From an uncultured Lachnospiraceae bacterium (GTDB taxonomy: Bacteria > Bacillota > Clostridia > Oscillospirales > CAG-272): a stretch of 64,000 bases of DNA. Below are positions 35,210 through 45,147 of this stretch, one piece after another. The stretch is taken from assembly GCA_964570825.1 (NCBI GenBank), contig CAZMZJ010000006.1, positions 70,202-134,201 of the forward strand, given 5' to 3'. Both the position numbers and the translations under genes were made by a program. The notes under the pieces were generated by a model. The model searched no databases, was not told the DNA's origin, and worked only from the letters and a program-made list of their open reading frames with translations. Each line of letters starts with the position of its first letter. Positions within the stretch are counted from its first letter, which is position 1.

Positions 35210-36913
35210 CTATTCGCATTCAGGCGAGCGCCCCTCCTCGATCATTTCCTTCGCGGCTTTACGCTGCGTGTCGGTTATGCTTATGCCTCCGAGGATACGT
35301 GCGATCTCGTTTATGCGGCCTGCCTCGTCAAGCGTCGTGACCGTGGTTTCCGCGCGCCCGTCCTTTTCGGATTTTGATATAAGCATATGCTCGTCGGCAA
35401 GCGACGCAATCTGAGCTGAATGTGTGACGCAGAGCACCTGCGCTCCTTTTGCGATTTTTTTCAGCTTGATCCCGATCTTGCGCGAAGTTTTGCCCGAAAC
35501 ACCGGAGTCCACCTCGTCAAATATCATAGTTGATATTCCGTCGTTTGCCGAAAGAACGCACTTAAGCGCCAGCATGATCCTCGAAAGCTCTCCGCCTGAC
35601 GCGATTTTCACAAGAGGCATCGGCATTTCTCCCGGGTTTGGGGCAATTAAAAATTCCACATCGTCGGCTCCGTCCGCTCTGAGCTCTGGGGCGGGCGTTA
35701 CGCTTATTTCAAATTTAACACCCGGCATATCAAGGTACTGCAGCTCGCCGCACACCTCCTTTGACGCTGTTTCCGCATATCTGCGCCTTGCCTCTGAAAT
35801 CTCACCGGCCGCGGCTCGTGCGGCCGTGTTTAACTTATGAATTTTCTCGGTCAGTTCTTTTATCCGTTCCTCTGAGTTTTCAAGCCTGTCGAGCTGAGCC
35901 GCGGCATCGTCCCTGAATTTAAGTATCTCGTTTATGCCGGCTCCGTATTTCCGCCCGAGCCGCCTGATTATCTCAAGCCTGTCTTCGATTTTATCAAGCC
36001 GCGCCGTCGGGTCTTCGTCGCCTATGTCTGTGTATGAGCGCAGCGTTCCGGCTATGTCCTCTATTTCGTATTTGAAGCTTTCGAGCTTGTCGGCTATCTC
36101 CGCCGCCTCTGGGATGACGCCGGAAAGCTGGCTTAGTGCCGCTGCAGATTTGCCGAGCAAGAGGAAGACCGAACCCTTGTCGCTCCCGTAAAGCGCTCTG
36201 TAAGCAAAATCAGTCTGCTTTGCGATTTTCTCGGCGTTTTCAAGGCGCAGCCTCTCGGCATTAAGTTCTTCTTCCTCGCCGGGCTTCAGCTTGGCGGCGT
36301 TGATTTCGTTTATCTGGTATTCCAGCATATCGCGCATGCGCATTTTTCCGGCTTCGTCACACCGCAGCGACTCAAGCTCTTTTTCGGCGTTCCGCAGTTC
36401 GGAATACACCGCCGCATAATCAGCAAGTTTTTCGGATATTCCCGCATAAGCGTCAAGCAGCCGTAGATGGCTTGATTTCTGCATAAGCTTCTGGTTGTCA
36501 TGCTGGCCGTGAATGCTTATCAGTGTTTTTCCGACTTCGCGCAGCATTGCCTGCGTCACAGCCTGACCGTTAATTCTCGCCGAGCTTCTGCCGTCAATGC
36601 CTACCGTTCTTGTGAGAAGCAGGCATCCGTCCGAACAGTCAATGCCGCCCGTATAATCTATTCCGTATTCGGCGAGAAGGGCGAGAGTTTCCGCTCCTGC
36701 GCCGTCGAACAGCGCCGTGACCGACGCCTTATCCTCTCCGTTTCTTATCAGGTCGCGCGGAGCCCGGCTTCCGAGGAGCAGCCCGATGCTGTCGATTATA
36801 ATAGACTTGCCCGCGCCGGTTTCGCCGGTGAGCGATGTAAAGCCGCCGGAAAATTCAATATCCGCCGATTTTATCACCGCGATATTTTTTATCTGCAACG
36901 ATTTCAGCATCAC
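35210..36913 (-). CDS. recN: DNA repair protein RecN
   Basis: The N-terminus reads LKSLQIKNIAVIKSADIEFSGGFTSLTGETGAGKSIIIDSI. A long coiled-coil follows, the C-terminal motif is ASGGELSRIMLALK...IFDEVDSGVSG, and the length is 567 aa. Confidence 0.9.
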   Translation of the reverse strand: MMLKSLQIKNIAVIKSADIEFSGGFTSLTGETGAGKSIIIDSIGLLLGSRAPRDLIRNGEDKASVTALFDGAGAETLALLAEYGIDYTGGIDCSDGCLLLTRTVGIDGRSSARINGQAVTQAMLREVGKTLISIHGQHDNQKLMQKSSHLRLLDAYAGISEKLADYAAVYSELRNAEKELESLRCDEAGKMRMRDMLEYQINEINAAKLKPGEEEELNAERLRLENAEKIAKQTDFAYRALYGSDKGSVFLLLGKSAAALSQLSGVIPEAAEIADKLESFKYEIEDIAGTLRSYTDIGDEDPTARLDKIEDRLEIIRRLGRKYGAGINEILKFRDDAAAQLDRLENSEERIKELTEKIHKLNTAARAAAGEISEARRRYAETASKEVCGELQYLDMPGVKFEISVTPAPELRADGADDVEFLIAPNPGEMPMPLVKIASGGELSRIMLALKCVLSANDGISTMIFDEVDSGVSGKTSRKIGIKLKKIAKGAQVLCVTHSAQIASLADEHMLISKSEKDGRAETTVTTLDEAGRINEIARILGGISITDTQRKAAKEMIEEGRSPECE

Positions 36914-36989
36914 TTAACCGTCCGATGTATATAAAATTTAAGAGGGAAGGGAGAACACAAAATGCGGATTTCGATGCCGCCCGCGGATA

Positions 36990-37445
36990 TTATGCTCTCA
37001 GCTTCTGCTCGCGGTAGCTTCCGCAGAAATTTCTTGCGGTTTCCTCGCTGCGAGTTACAATAATTATCGTGTCGTCACCGCCGACGCATCCGAGAATGCC
37101 CGGAGTCTTCGCGGCATCGATTCCGGCGGCGACAGCCTGCGCCATTCCGGGGTAAGTTGTGACGACAATCAGATTGTTTGCATAATCGATATTTGTGATC
37201 GCTCCGAGCAGGGTTTCGTTTATTTTTGTGATTGCCTCCGCCCCCGAGCTCATCGGGATCACATAGCGGTATGAACCATCGCTGGTCAGAATTTTTGTGA
37301 GCTTCAGTTCGCGTATATCGCGGGAAACTGTCGCTTGTGTCACACAGTAGCCGAGCATTCTGAGCTTATTGATCAGTTCCTCCTGAGTTTGCACCGACTG
37401 CTCGGATACAAGCTTTAGAATTGATTCCTGTCTTGAGGATTTCAT
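36990..37445 (-). CDS. argR: arginine repressor
   Basis: The product begins MKSSRQESILKLVSEQSVQTQEELINKLRMLGYCVTQATVSRDIRELKL and has the C-terminal GTIAGDDT-like motif (LGCVGGDDTIIIV). Confidence 0.9.
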   Translation of the reverse strand: MKSSRQESILKLVSEQSVQTQEELINKLRMLGYCVTQATVSRDIRELKLTKILTSDGSYRYVIPMSSGAEAITKINETLLGAITNIDYANNLIVVTTYPGMAQAVAAGIDAAKTPGILGCVGGDDTIIIVTRSEETARNFCGSYREQKLRA

Positions 37446-37484
37446 GTTATTTCAGCCTTTCTGAATATTATACTCGGGTGTTTT

Positions 37485-38369
37485 TCAATGTCCGCCTGTC
37501 ATTTTCTGACTGAGCACATTATAGAATCCGCGGTCTTTGAGAGTGATAAGGCGCGTGGTCTTATCCGATTTTGTAATCCGCACCACCTCGCCGCGGAAAA
37601 GCTCGTAGTTGATTCTGCCGTCTATTGTCAAAAAGAGATTTCGCTCGCGCTCGCAGATGTTCTTGACGTCGAGCACCGCGCTGTCGGGGAAGATGAGCGG
37701 ACGAGCCGTCAGCGAGTGCGGGCATATAGGGGTTACGCAGAAGCATTTGAGCCGCGGGTCTGTTATCGGGCCTCCCGCCGCCATGGAGTAGGCGGTTGAG
37801 CCTGTGGGTGTCGCGATTATCAGACCGTCCGCGCGGTATGTAGTCACCTGCGCGCCGCCCTCGGCAAGTTCGAGGTCAACTATCCGCGCGATCGAACCGT
37901 TTGAGATGACCGCGTCGTTGAGCGCGAAGGACGATATTTTTTTCTGCCCGTTTGCATCGAGCATAGTAACCGCAAGCATCGAGCGCTCGTCTATCGAATA
38001 GCTGCCGTCGAACAGCTTTGACAGCATTCGTATCTCGTCCATTTCAAGCTCGGTCATATAGCCGAGCCGGCCAAGGTTGATGCCTAAAATCGGGGTTTTG
38101 TTGATCGCGGCCCGGCGCGACGCCTCAAGAATTGTTCCGTCCCCTCCGAGCACCGCCAGAATATCTGCGCGGGCATAAACCTCGTCAATCGGCAGGTAAA
38201 CAAATTCGCGCCGCGAGCGTCTTGCCCTGCTCAGCTTTTCTCTGGCTGATGAAGCGATAAGCACTTCGCAGCCGAACTTAATAAATCTGTCTGCGACAGC
38301 CATTGCTGCGGAAGCTTTTTCGCTTATATTGAAATTAGTTATTATGCCGACTTTTTTTATTTCATTCAT
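37485..38369 (-). CDS. nadK: NAD(+) kinase
   Basis: The product contains the GGDGT motif (VLGGDGTILEA) and NDAVISNG, and is 294 aa. Confidence 0.9.
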   Translation of the reverse strand: MNEIKKVGIITNFNISEKASAAMAVADRFIKFGCEVLIASSAREKLSRARRSRREFVYLPIDEVYARADILAVLGGDGTILEASRRAAINKTPILGINLGRLGYMTELEMDEIRMLSKLFDGSYSIDERSMLAVTMLDANGQKKISSFALNDAVISNGSIARIVDLELAEGGAQVTTYRADGLIIATPTGSTAYSMAAGGPITDPRLKCFCVTPICPHSLTARPLIFPDSAVLDVKNICERERNLFLTIDGRINYELFRGEVVRITKSDKTTRLITLKDRGFYNVLSQKMTGGH

Positions 38370-38414
38370 GAATTACCCTTTCTCCGCCTCTAAACCTTTC
38401 TGCCCGCAGTCCAT

Positions 38415-39209
38415 TTACCGTCCCAAGCCGGCAATCTCTTTGATTTTTACGTCCGAAAGCCCGGGCGAGTCAATTCCGAGCCTGAAGGCCGCAAGATATT
38501 CGGTGTTTCCGTCACCGCCGGTCACCGGCGATTTTATAACTCCAAGACATCCGAAACCCGACGCCAGAGCGCAGTCAAGCACTTTTTTTATGGCAGCGGC
38601 ATGAAATCTTCTGTCTTTTACTATTCCGCCGCGGCAAACCGCCTCGCGCCCCGCCTCGAACTGCGGTTTGATAAGGCTGACAAAATATCCGCCGCCGCGC
38701 AGTATCTGAGGAAGTCCCGGGATTATATAAGTCTGCGAAATGAACGAAACGTCCATTGTGACGATATCGAATCCCGAGCCGAGCCCGCCGGTATCGCCCT
38801 CTGCAAGTCTGCGCGCGTTAAATTTTTCTATTGAAGTAACTTTGCCGTTCGCCCTCAGCCTGATGTCAAGCTGCCCGCAGCCCGAATCGACCGCCGTGAC
38901 GTGCGCCGCGCCGCGCTGAAGCAGGCAATCGGTAAAGCCGCCCGTCGAGGCTCCGATGTCAGCCGCCCGCATACCGGATACGTCAATGCCAAAAGCTTCA
39001 AGCGCCGCCTCAAGCTTCAGCCCGCCGCGCGACACATATCTGTCGCTTCTCAGCACTAAAACCTCATGCGCCAAAGTTTCGTCAACCGGTTCGGACGGTT
39101 TTTCAGCCGTATGCCCGTCGATTATCACCGAGCCGTTCTCAATCAGTATTTTAGCCTGCTGACGGCTCTTTGCGTGTCCGCGGGTGAAAACATAAAGGTC
39201 AGCCCTCAT
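38415..39209 (-). CDS. tlyA: TlyA-family rRNA (cytidine-2'-O)-methyltransferase
   Basis: An S4-like N-terminus (MRADLYVFTRGHAKSRQQAKILIENG) is followed by the FtsJ-type SAM motif DIGASTGGFTD. Confidence 0.85.
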   Translation of the reverse strand: MRADLYVFTRGHAKSRQQAKILIENGSVIIDGHTAEKPSEPVDETLAHEVLVLRSDRYVSRGGLKLEAALEAFGIDVSGMRAADIGASTGGFTDCLLQRGAAHVTAVDSGCGQLDIRLRANGKVTSIEKFNARRLAEGDTGGLGSGFDIVTMDVSFISQTYIIPGLPQILRGGGYFVSLIKPQFEAGREAVCRGGIVKDRRFHAAAIKKVLDCALASGFGCLGVIKSPVTGGDGNTEYLAAFRLGIDSPGLSDVKIKEIAGLGR

Positions 39210-39250
39210 TTATTCACCCCCTGTTGTGCATTTGTTCTTTGCCTGCAGTT

Positions 39251-40159
39251 TCAATGATCTCTGTCAAGCAGGTAATAGGCAAGCGCGCACAGCATCTCGC
39301 TGCCGGGATATGCGGATATTGCGGAAACAGCAATATCAGTCAGCTCCGCGGCATATTTCTTTGCGTCTTCCGGACTGAAGTATGTCATGAAAGTAGTCTT
39401 GTGGCGCGCGGCGTCCTTGCCGCAGTTTTTCCCGAGCAGTCCGGAGTCGCCGGTCACATCGAGAATATCGTCTATTATCTGGAATACAAGCCCGATTTTT
39501 TCGGCGTAGTTGGTCGCTGCGAGTGTTTTCGCGTCTCCCTTGTCAAGGCCGGCCGCCATGCAGCCGAGCAGAGCCGAAGCACGTATGAGGGCACCGGTCT
39601 TTAGCTTGTGCAGGCGCAGCAGCGTTTCAAAATCGAGATCGGCCCGCTCGCCTGCCATATCGAGTATCTGCCCTCCGACCATACCGAAGCTCCCGGCCGC
39701 TTTTGCAAGCGCGACGACAGCCGACGCAGCGGTAAGATCGCTTACATATCTGTTTTGGGCGGTGATTTCAAAAGCATATGTCAGGAGGGCGTCGCCGGTA
39801 AGCATGGCGTTCGCCTCGCCGAAAGCCTTGTGGCAGGTCGGGCGCCCGCGTCGCATATCGTCGTTATCCATGCAGGGCAGGTCGTCGTGTATTAACGAAT
39901 AGGTGTGTACCATTTCCACAGCCGAGGCGAAAGGCAATGCCGCCCGGTCGTCTCCGCCGAATAGCCGGCAGAATTCAATGACAAGCGCGGGCCTTATACG
40001 TTTTCCTCCCGCGAAAACGCTGTAGCGCTCGGCGTCGAGCAGCACCTGCAGCTGCCTGTCGTTTGCCGCGAGATAACCGTGAAGGGCATTCTCGGTCAGT
40101 TTCGCGTCAGCTTTTAGCAGTTCGTCAACTGCCGAGTAATCCATAAATTCGGTCTTCAT
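39251..40159 (-). CDS. ispA: polyprenyl (farnesyl/geranylgeranyl) diphosphate synthase
   Basis: The start is taken at MKTEF (40159), after GGGAGGG. The first DDxxD motif is LIHDDLPCMDNDDMRRG and the second is FQIIDDILD. Confidence 0.85.
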   Translation of the reverse strand: MKTEFMDYSAVDELLKADAKLTENALHGYLAANDRQLQVLLDAERYSVFAGGKRIRPALVIEFCRLFGGDDRAALPFASAVEMVHTYSLIHDDLPCMDNDDMRRGRPTCHKAFGEANAMLTGDALLTYAFEITAQNRYVSDLTAASAVVALAKAAGSFGMVGGQILDMAGERADLDFETLLRLHKLKTGALIRASALLGCMAAGLDKGDAKTLAATNYAEKIGLVFQIIDDILDVTGDSGLLGKNCGKDAARHKTTFMTYFSPEDAKKYAAELTDIAVSAISAYPGSEMLCALAYYLLDRDH

Positions 40160-40205
40160 TATAACCCTCCCAGATATGCCGGGGCTTGTTCCCCGGGTAT
40201 TTTGT

Positions 40206-40463
40206 TCAAACGTCGGTTTTTTCCGATGTAAAATCAAACGCTTTCATGTTCATGCTTCCGTCGGCGGTATTCTGCAGAATTTTAATTTTTGCTTCGGTTT
40301 TGTCAAGCTCTTCCGAACATATGCGTATAAGGCCGACGCCTTCCTCATATAGCTTCAGAGATTCGTCAAGTGAGAGACTTCCGCTCTCGAGCAGGCGCAC
40401 TACTTCCTCAAGCCGTGCGAGCGACTCCTCAAAGCTTTTTTTCCCGTTATCCAAGACTTCCAT
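40206..40463 (-). CDS. xseB: exodeoxyribonuclease VII small subunit
   Basis: The 85-aa product contains SFEESLARLEEVVRLLESGSLSLDESLKLYEEGVGLIRIC. Confidence 0.85.
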   Translation of the reverse strand: MEVLDNGKKSFEESLARLEEVVRLLESGSLSLDESLKLYEEGVGLIRICSEELDKTEAKIKILQNTADGSMNMKAFDFTSEKTDV

Positions 40464-40465
40464 AA

Positions 40466-41680
40466 TCAGACCTCTGTATTTGTATTCTCAATTACGGCCC
40501 GCGCCGAGCCGCTTCTGAACCTGATATTTACGCTATCGCCCCTTGACAGCGCAGACGCGTTTGTCACCGCCCTGCCGTGAGCATCGGACACAACGGCGTA
40601 GCCGCGCGCGAGCACCGCAAGCGGGCTGAGCGCCTCAAGGCGGGCGGCTCTGGTATTCAAGCCCTCGCGCAGCGAGCTGATTTTTCTTTCTCCGGCTTTT
40701 CCAAGCTGTTCGAGCAGGCCGTCAAGCTCGATTCTGCGGTCGGCGGTAATGCGCCCCGGGTTTGAAAGTATTCTTGACCCCGCAAGGCGTTCGATTGTGC
40801 GCCGCCGCTCGGCGAGCATTCTCGGCAAAGCCGACTCGCAGCGCCCTGAGAGCATATTTAACTTTGCCTTCATCTCAAGCCTGTCAGGCACGGCAAGCTC
40901 TGCGGCGGCAGACGGCGTCGGGGCCCGCAGGTCGGCGGCAAAGTCGCAGATGGTAAAGTCGGTTTCATGTCCGACAGCTGAGATAACCGGAATTTCCGAG
41001 CTGGCGACGGTACGCGCCAGCGTTTCATTGTTGAAAGCCCAGAGGTCCTCGAGCGAGCCGCCGCCTCGCCCGATAATAATTGTGTCGACTCTGAATTTTT
41101 CGTTGAAGTACCTGATTCCGGCGCACAGCTGCCCGGGAGCTGACGCCCCCTGCACCTGCGCCGGGTATATGAACACCTCGGCTGCCGGCCAGCGGCGTCC
41201 GAGAACATTTTTCATGTCGCGTATCACCGCCCCGGTCGGAGAGGTGACAATTCCGATTTTTTTAGGGAAGCGGGGGATCGGACGCTTGCGCGAGACGTCG
41301 AAGATTCCTTCTTCCTCAAGCTTTTTCTTCAGCTGCTCGTAAGCGAAGTAAAGCGCCCCGACGCCGTCGGGCTGTATGTCGTCGGCGTAGATCTGATACA
41401 CTCCGTCGCGCACGAATGCGGAAACCCGCCCGTGAACGACCACCTTCATCCCGTCTTCCGGAACAAAGCCGAGATTTTGCGCGTCAGAGCGGAACATTAC
41501 CACTTTAATCGCGCTTTTCTCGTCCTTGAGAGTGAAATAATAATGACCTGTATAATGGTTTTTGAAGTTTGAGATTTCCCCTCTGACATAAAGTCCCGAG
41601 AAAAACGGCACGCTGTCGAAAACGGCCTTTATATACTCATTGAGCTGCGAGACCGATATCAGATTTTTATTTTCCTGCAA
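40466..41680 (-). CDS. xseA: exodeoxyribonuclease VII large subunit
   Basis: The probable TTG start at 41680 (LQENKNLISVSQLNEYIK...) follows GGGGAG and overlaps the upstream gene by 14 nt. An OB-fold N-terminus and the catalytic region GRGGGSLEDLWAFNNE are present. Confidence 0.85.
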   Translation of the reverse strand: MQENKNLISVSQLNEYIKAVFDSVPFFSGLYVRGEISNFKNHYTGHYYFTLKDEKSAIKVVMFRSDAQNLGFVPEDGMKVVVHGRVSAFVRDGVYQIYADDIQPDGVGALYFAYEQLKKKLEEEGIFDVSRKRPIPRFPKKIGIVTSPTGAVIRDMKNVLGRRWPAAEVFIYPAQVQGASAPGQLCAGIRYFNEKFRVDTIIIGRGGGSLEDLWAFNNETLARTVASSEIPVISAVGHETDFTICDFAADLRAPTPSAAAELAVPDRLEMKAKLNMLSGRCESALPRMLAERRRTIERLAGSRILSNPGRITADRRIELDGLLEQLGKAGERKISSLREGLNTRAARLEALSPLAVLARGYAVVSDAHGRAVTNASALSRGDSVNIRFRSGSARAVIENTNTEV

Positions 41681-42638
41681 CCGAGCCACTCCCCTCGAGG
41701 TATTTTGCCCTGCATAAGAGAGCCGTTCCCGCCGCGTTGTCCGACAAGAAAGCCGGCTCTGAAAAGAAAACATTTCCAAGACTGTGCAGCATGGATTTGA
41801 TTATTGAATTGCTCATCACGCCTCCGGCGTAAAGCACCGGCGTGTCGGGATACTGCGACCGCAGATTTTTTGAAAGCTCCAAAAGCGTCGCGCCCACGAA
41901 ACGCAGCACATATGCTGCGGTCAGGTTCCTGTCGCCTGTGGTTTTGAGCATCCCCGCCGCAAGGTTTTCAAGACCAGAAAGGTTGCATTCGAGTTTGTTG
42001 ACCGCCACGCGAGGCTTCGGCACCGGCAGGGTGTTTGAGAGCGCCAGCTTTTCAAGCTCCGGGCCGCATGGAAATTTCAGCCCCATCGCAACGCCCGCGC
42101 GGTCGATCGCCTGTCCGGCGTTCAGATCTTTGGTTCCGCCGAGCAGCTTTATTTCAAATCCGCCCGGCTTGGGAGTCGCAAAAACGATTTCCGTAGTCCC
42201 GCCCGACACATGGAAAGCGCAGAAAGCGCCGTTCAAAAGCGTGGCAAGCGCGCCGGACGAATATGCGGCTGCCATAATGTGACCGTCCTGATGCGAAAAA
42301 CCGAACACCGGGATACCGAGACCCGCCGCAAATGAGTGCGCCGCAGCCTCGCCTGTGAGGAAGCAAGGCATATACGACCCTTCCGCGTCACGCGGGGCAA
42401 CCGAGCAGCCGACCGCCGCAGGCTCAAATCCGTCGAGCGCCGCACGCAGCCGCTCCATAAGCGGCGGCAGATTTTTCACATGGGCGAAAACCGCGTCGCT
42501 CTGGCGCAGCCCCGCCTCGCCTTCTTTTACGGGGAGGGGGATTTTGATGTTTGCCGTGACAATCCCGTCCGCGCCGCAGACAGCCGCCGAGGTGGTGTAG
42601 TTGCTCGTGTCAATTCCGACAAAGCAGACCTTTTTCAT
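41667..42638 (-). CDS. divergent Kae1/TsaD-like (ASKHA-fold, peptidase M22-type) protein
   Basis: It has the phosphate-1 motif VGIDTSNYTTSAAV and a metal-site-like FSHQDGHIMAA, but not the canonical TsaD GGVVPE segment. It is 323 aa. Confidence 0.55.
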   Translation of the reverse strand: MKKVCFVGIDTSNYTTSAAVCGADGIVTANIKIPLPVKEGEAGLRQSDAVFAHVKNLPPLMERLRAALDGFEPAAVGCSVAPRDAEGSYMPCFLTGEAAAHSFAAGLGIPVFGFSHQDGHIMAAAYSSGALATLLNGAFCAFHVSGGTTEIVFATPKPGGFEIKLLGGTKDLNAGQAIDRAGVAMGLKFPCGPELEKLALSNTLPVPKPRVAVNKLECNLSGLENLAAGMLKTTGDRNLTAAYVLRFVGATLLELSKNLRSQYPDTPVLYAGGVMSNSIIKSMLHSLGNVFFSEPAFLSDNAAGTALLCRAKYLEGSGSVAGK

Positions 42639-42709
42639 TATTTGACGATACCTTTCTGCCGACCGTAAGTGCCGCGCCGGGACGGGCGCGACACCCGCAG
42701 ACTTGAAAA

Positions 42710-43144
42710 TTATTTTCCGATCTTTTTCTCGCCGTCCCGGGCGGCTTCTTCTATTGCGTCCTTTGTGGCGTTGAGAACTCCGTTGACGAACGGCCGGGCC
42801 TTTTCGTCGTCGTATTTTTTAACCAGCTCAATGGCCTCGTTTATGGAAACGCTGTGGGGAATGCTGTCCATATAAAGCATCTCCCAGATGCAGAGGCGGA
42901 TGGCCGAGCGTGAAATACCCGACATACGGTATGTTTTCCATCCATGGGAGTGCTCGCTTATCATTTTGTCAATTTCCGCGAGGTGTTCAATCACGCCGAA
43001 ATAAGCGGCGCGGACATAGCTGTCCTCGCCGATCTCCCGGGCTTCGGTGGAAACGCTGAAAATTCTGTGGGCGCTGTCGTCGGGGTGGAAATCAGTTTCA
43101 AACAGCAGTCCGAGCACTGCCTCTCTCGCTTCACGTCTTGTCAT
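42710..43144 (-). CDS. nusB: transcription antitermination factor NusB
   Basis: The product begins MTRREAREAVLGLLFETDF and contains VSINEAIELVKKY. It is 144 aa. Confidence 0.9.
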   Translation of the reverse strand: MTRREAREAVLGLLFETDFHPDDSAHRIFSVSTEAREIGEDSYVRAAYFGVIEHLAEIDKMISEHSHGWKTYRMSGISRSAIRLCIWEMLYMDSIPHSVSINEAIELVKKYDDEKARPFVNGVLNATKDAIEEAARDGEKKIGK

Positions 43145-43386
43145 TTGTTTATGGAATCCTTTCGCACATCAGGCCTTACGCATATTTGTCCATTTTATGT
43201 CATTATACATTTTAGCGGGGATAAAGTCAAGATAAGAGTGAATAATTCCTCTGAATGAATGAATATTTCACGCCTGTCCGTGTATTTTTAATCTATATTA
43301 ACAAATGATATACCATATAACGGTGTTATATTCCGCATGCGGCTCCGCATAAACTTATTCAGTAAATAAAACAGGTGGTATACGGC

Positions 43387-44397
43387 ATGAACATGAAAAA
43401 GAAGGTATGCTGTTTATTGATAGTCGCTCTTGCGCTTGCCGCATTGTCGCTCTGCGCTGCCTGCGGAAGAAAAAGCGATGAGGATTCGGTTTATGCCGAG
43501 GGCGGGTATATAAAGTATATTAACTTTGATGTTCCATTTTGCGCGATGCGCGACGCGCTTGCTGCCGACATATCTTCATACGGCGCTGCGAATCATATCT
43601 GCTGGATAGAAATTCTCGCCTATCTCGCATCGAAAAACGGCGGGAATTTCTCGTCATATAAATCTGCCGACGTAAAAAAACTCATGGGAAAGCTGTCGGA
43701 CGGGAGCGCCGTCGCTTCGCATGTCAGCAACACAAAGCTGTATAACTATTACATTGAAGCCTACGGCGCGATACTTGGCGGCATGGTGGGTGAATATACC
43801 GAGGTGAAAGTATCGGGCGACGGCGCCGAGACGCGCACTGAAAAATACGGCCTGCGTGTATTCTCGCCAATCGCCGCAGGATATTATTACAGCGACTTCG
43901 ACGATTTCGGGGCGTCGCGCTCATACGGCTACCGCCGCGAGCATCTCGGCCACGACCTGATGGGCAGCATAGGGACGCCTGTTATCGCGGTTGAGAGCGG
44001 ATATGTCGAGGCGTGCGGCTGGAACCAGTACGGCGGCTGGCGGATCGGCATCCGTTCCTTTGACGGTCTGCGCTACTATTACTATGCCCATCTGCGCAAA
44101 AGCCACCCGTACAACGATATGTATGCCGGTAAAATTGTCAACGCGGGCGAGGTAATAGGGTACCTCGGAATGACGGGATACAGCACAAGGGAAAACACGA
44201 ACAACATTGACACTCCGCATCTTCACTACGGCCTGCAGATAATTTTCGATCCATCCCAGAAAGACGGCTGGAACCAGATCTGGATTGATATGTACGAACT
44301 GACGCGCTTTTTCACCGCCAACCGCGCGCAGACGGTGAAAAAGGACGGGGAATCGTATTCAAAAATATATTACATATATCCCGAAACGCCGGACTGA
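43387..44397 (+). CDS. M23-family metallopeptidase (lipoprotein)
   Basis: A lipobox LSLCAACG is present. The M23 motifs are HLGHDLMGSIGTPVIAVESGYV and TPHLHYGLQI. The start could be 43375, 43387 or 43393. Confidence 0.8.
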   Translation: MNMKKKVCCLLIVALALAALSLCAACGRKSDEDSVYAEGGYIKYINFDVPFCAMRDALAADISSYGAANHICWIEILAYLASKNGGNFSSYKSADVKKLMGKLSDGSAVASHVSNTKLYNYYIEAYGAILGGMVGEYTEVKVSGDGAETRTEKYGLRVFSPIAAGYYYSDFDDFGASRSYGYRREHLGHDLMGSIGTPVIAVESGYVEACGWNQYGGWRIGIRSFDGLRYYYYAHLRKSHPYNDMYAGKIVNAGEVIGYLGMTGYSTRENTNNIDTPHLHYGLQIIFDPSQKDGWNQIWIDMYELTRFFTANRAQTVKKDGESYSKIYYIYPETPD

Positions 44398-44554
44398 CTG
44401 TCCGGGCGGACGCGTCGGCTATTGTGAAAACGGGGCGTAACCATGATCGGCATAAGAAAAACCGAACGGCGAGCGTTCCGCTGACGGCGGCAGGACTGCG
44501 CAGAGAGCGCAGGACAAGCATGTCAGAATTAGCCCCAAAATCCGGAAAATCATA

Positions 44555-44583
44555 TTGCAATAAAATCAAAAGTATGATAAAAT
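44555..44583 (+). promoter_or_regulatory. candidate sigma-A promoter
   Basis: TTGCAA (44555-44560), a 17-nt spacer, then TAAAAT (44578-44583), 34 nt upstream of the 44617 start. Confidence 0.5.
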
Positions 44584-44616
44584 AATATATATCAAAAAGG
44601 AACGGAACTTGAAAAA

Positions 44617-45042
44617 ATGAAGAATTTCGCCAAACGCATCGTAATACGGACAAGCATATTCTTCACTGTCCTCACATTCGCATACGCATTTTTGGTGCTG
44701 GCTTTATACGGCGGTCTTATTTCGTCCCTGCGCACGGTCATGTTTTTTGTGTTTTCCATGGTTTTCGCGCTGGCAAATGAAATGCTCCACTCTCCTTCTC
44801 GCCGCGGCCTCTGGATTGCGATTCACGCAATTATAACGGGAGCGGCTTTTTACCTTTTCATGCTGCTCCCCGCAAAGTATGAGGACACTGCGAACTGGAG
44901 CGCCGGCAACACAATGATGGGGATGTTTATATTTTATCTGATATACGGCATTGTTGCCGCGACGTTTTTAGTCTGCCTGTCGCAGGCGGAGAAAAAGAAA
45001 AACCGCGAGAAGGAATATCATTCGGTTTTTGGGAAACGCTGA
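44617..45042 (+). CDS. small integral membrane protein, unknown function
   Basis: This 141-aa ORF has 4 hydrophobic helices and a GGAACGGAA SD-like sequence upstream. Confidence 0.45.
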   Translation: MKNFAKRIVIRTSIFFTVLTFAYAFLVLALYGGLISSLRTVMFFVFSMVFALANEMLHSPSRRGLWIAIHAIITGAAFYLFMLLPAKYEDTANWSAGNTMMGMFIFYLIYGIVAATFLVCLSQAEKKKNREKEYHSVFGKR

Positions 45043-45147
45043 TATTTCCTGATGCGGAGTAAACTGTAAACTTGCGTATTATTTTATTCATACCTGAAAG
45101 CGTCAGCGCATAATCTGCCGCAAAAGGGAAGGAAATGAAAGTTAACA

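Noticed and set aside
43315-43335. Small palindrome atataac-ggt-gttatat upstream of the M23 peptidase gene
   Set aside because: It is only 7 bp, sits in AT-rich DNA and occurs once. That is insufficient to claim an operator.
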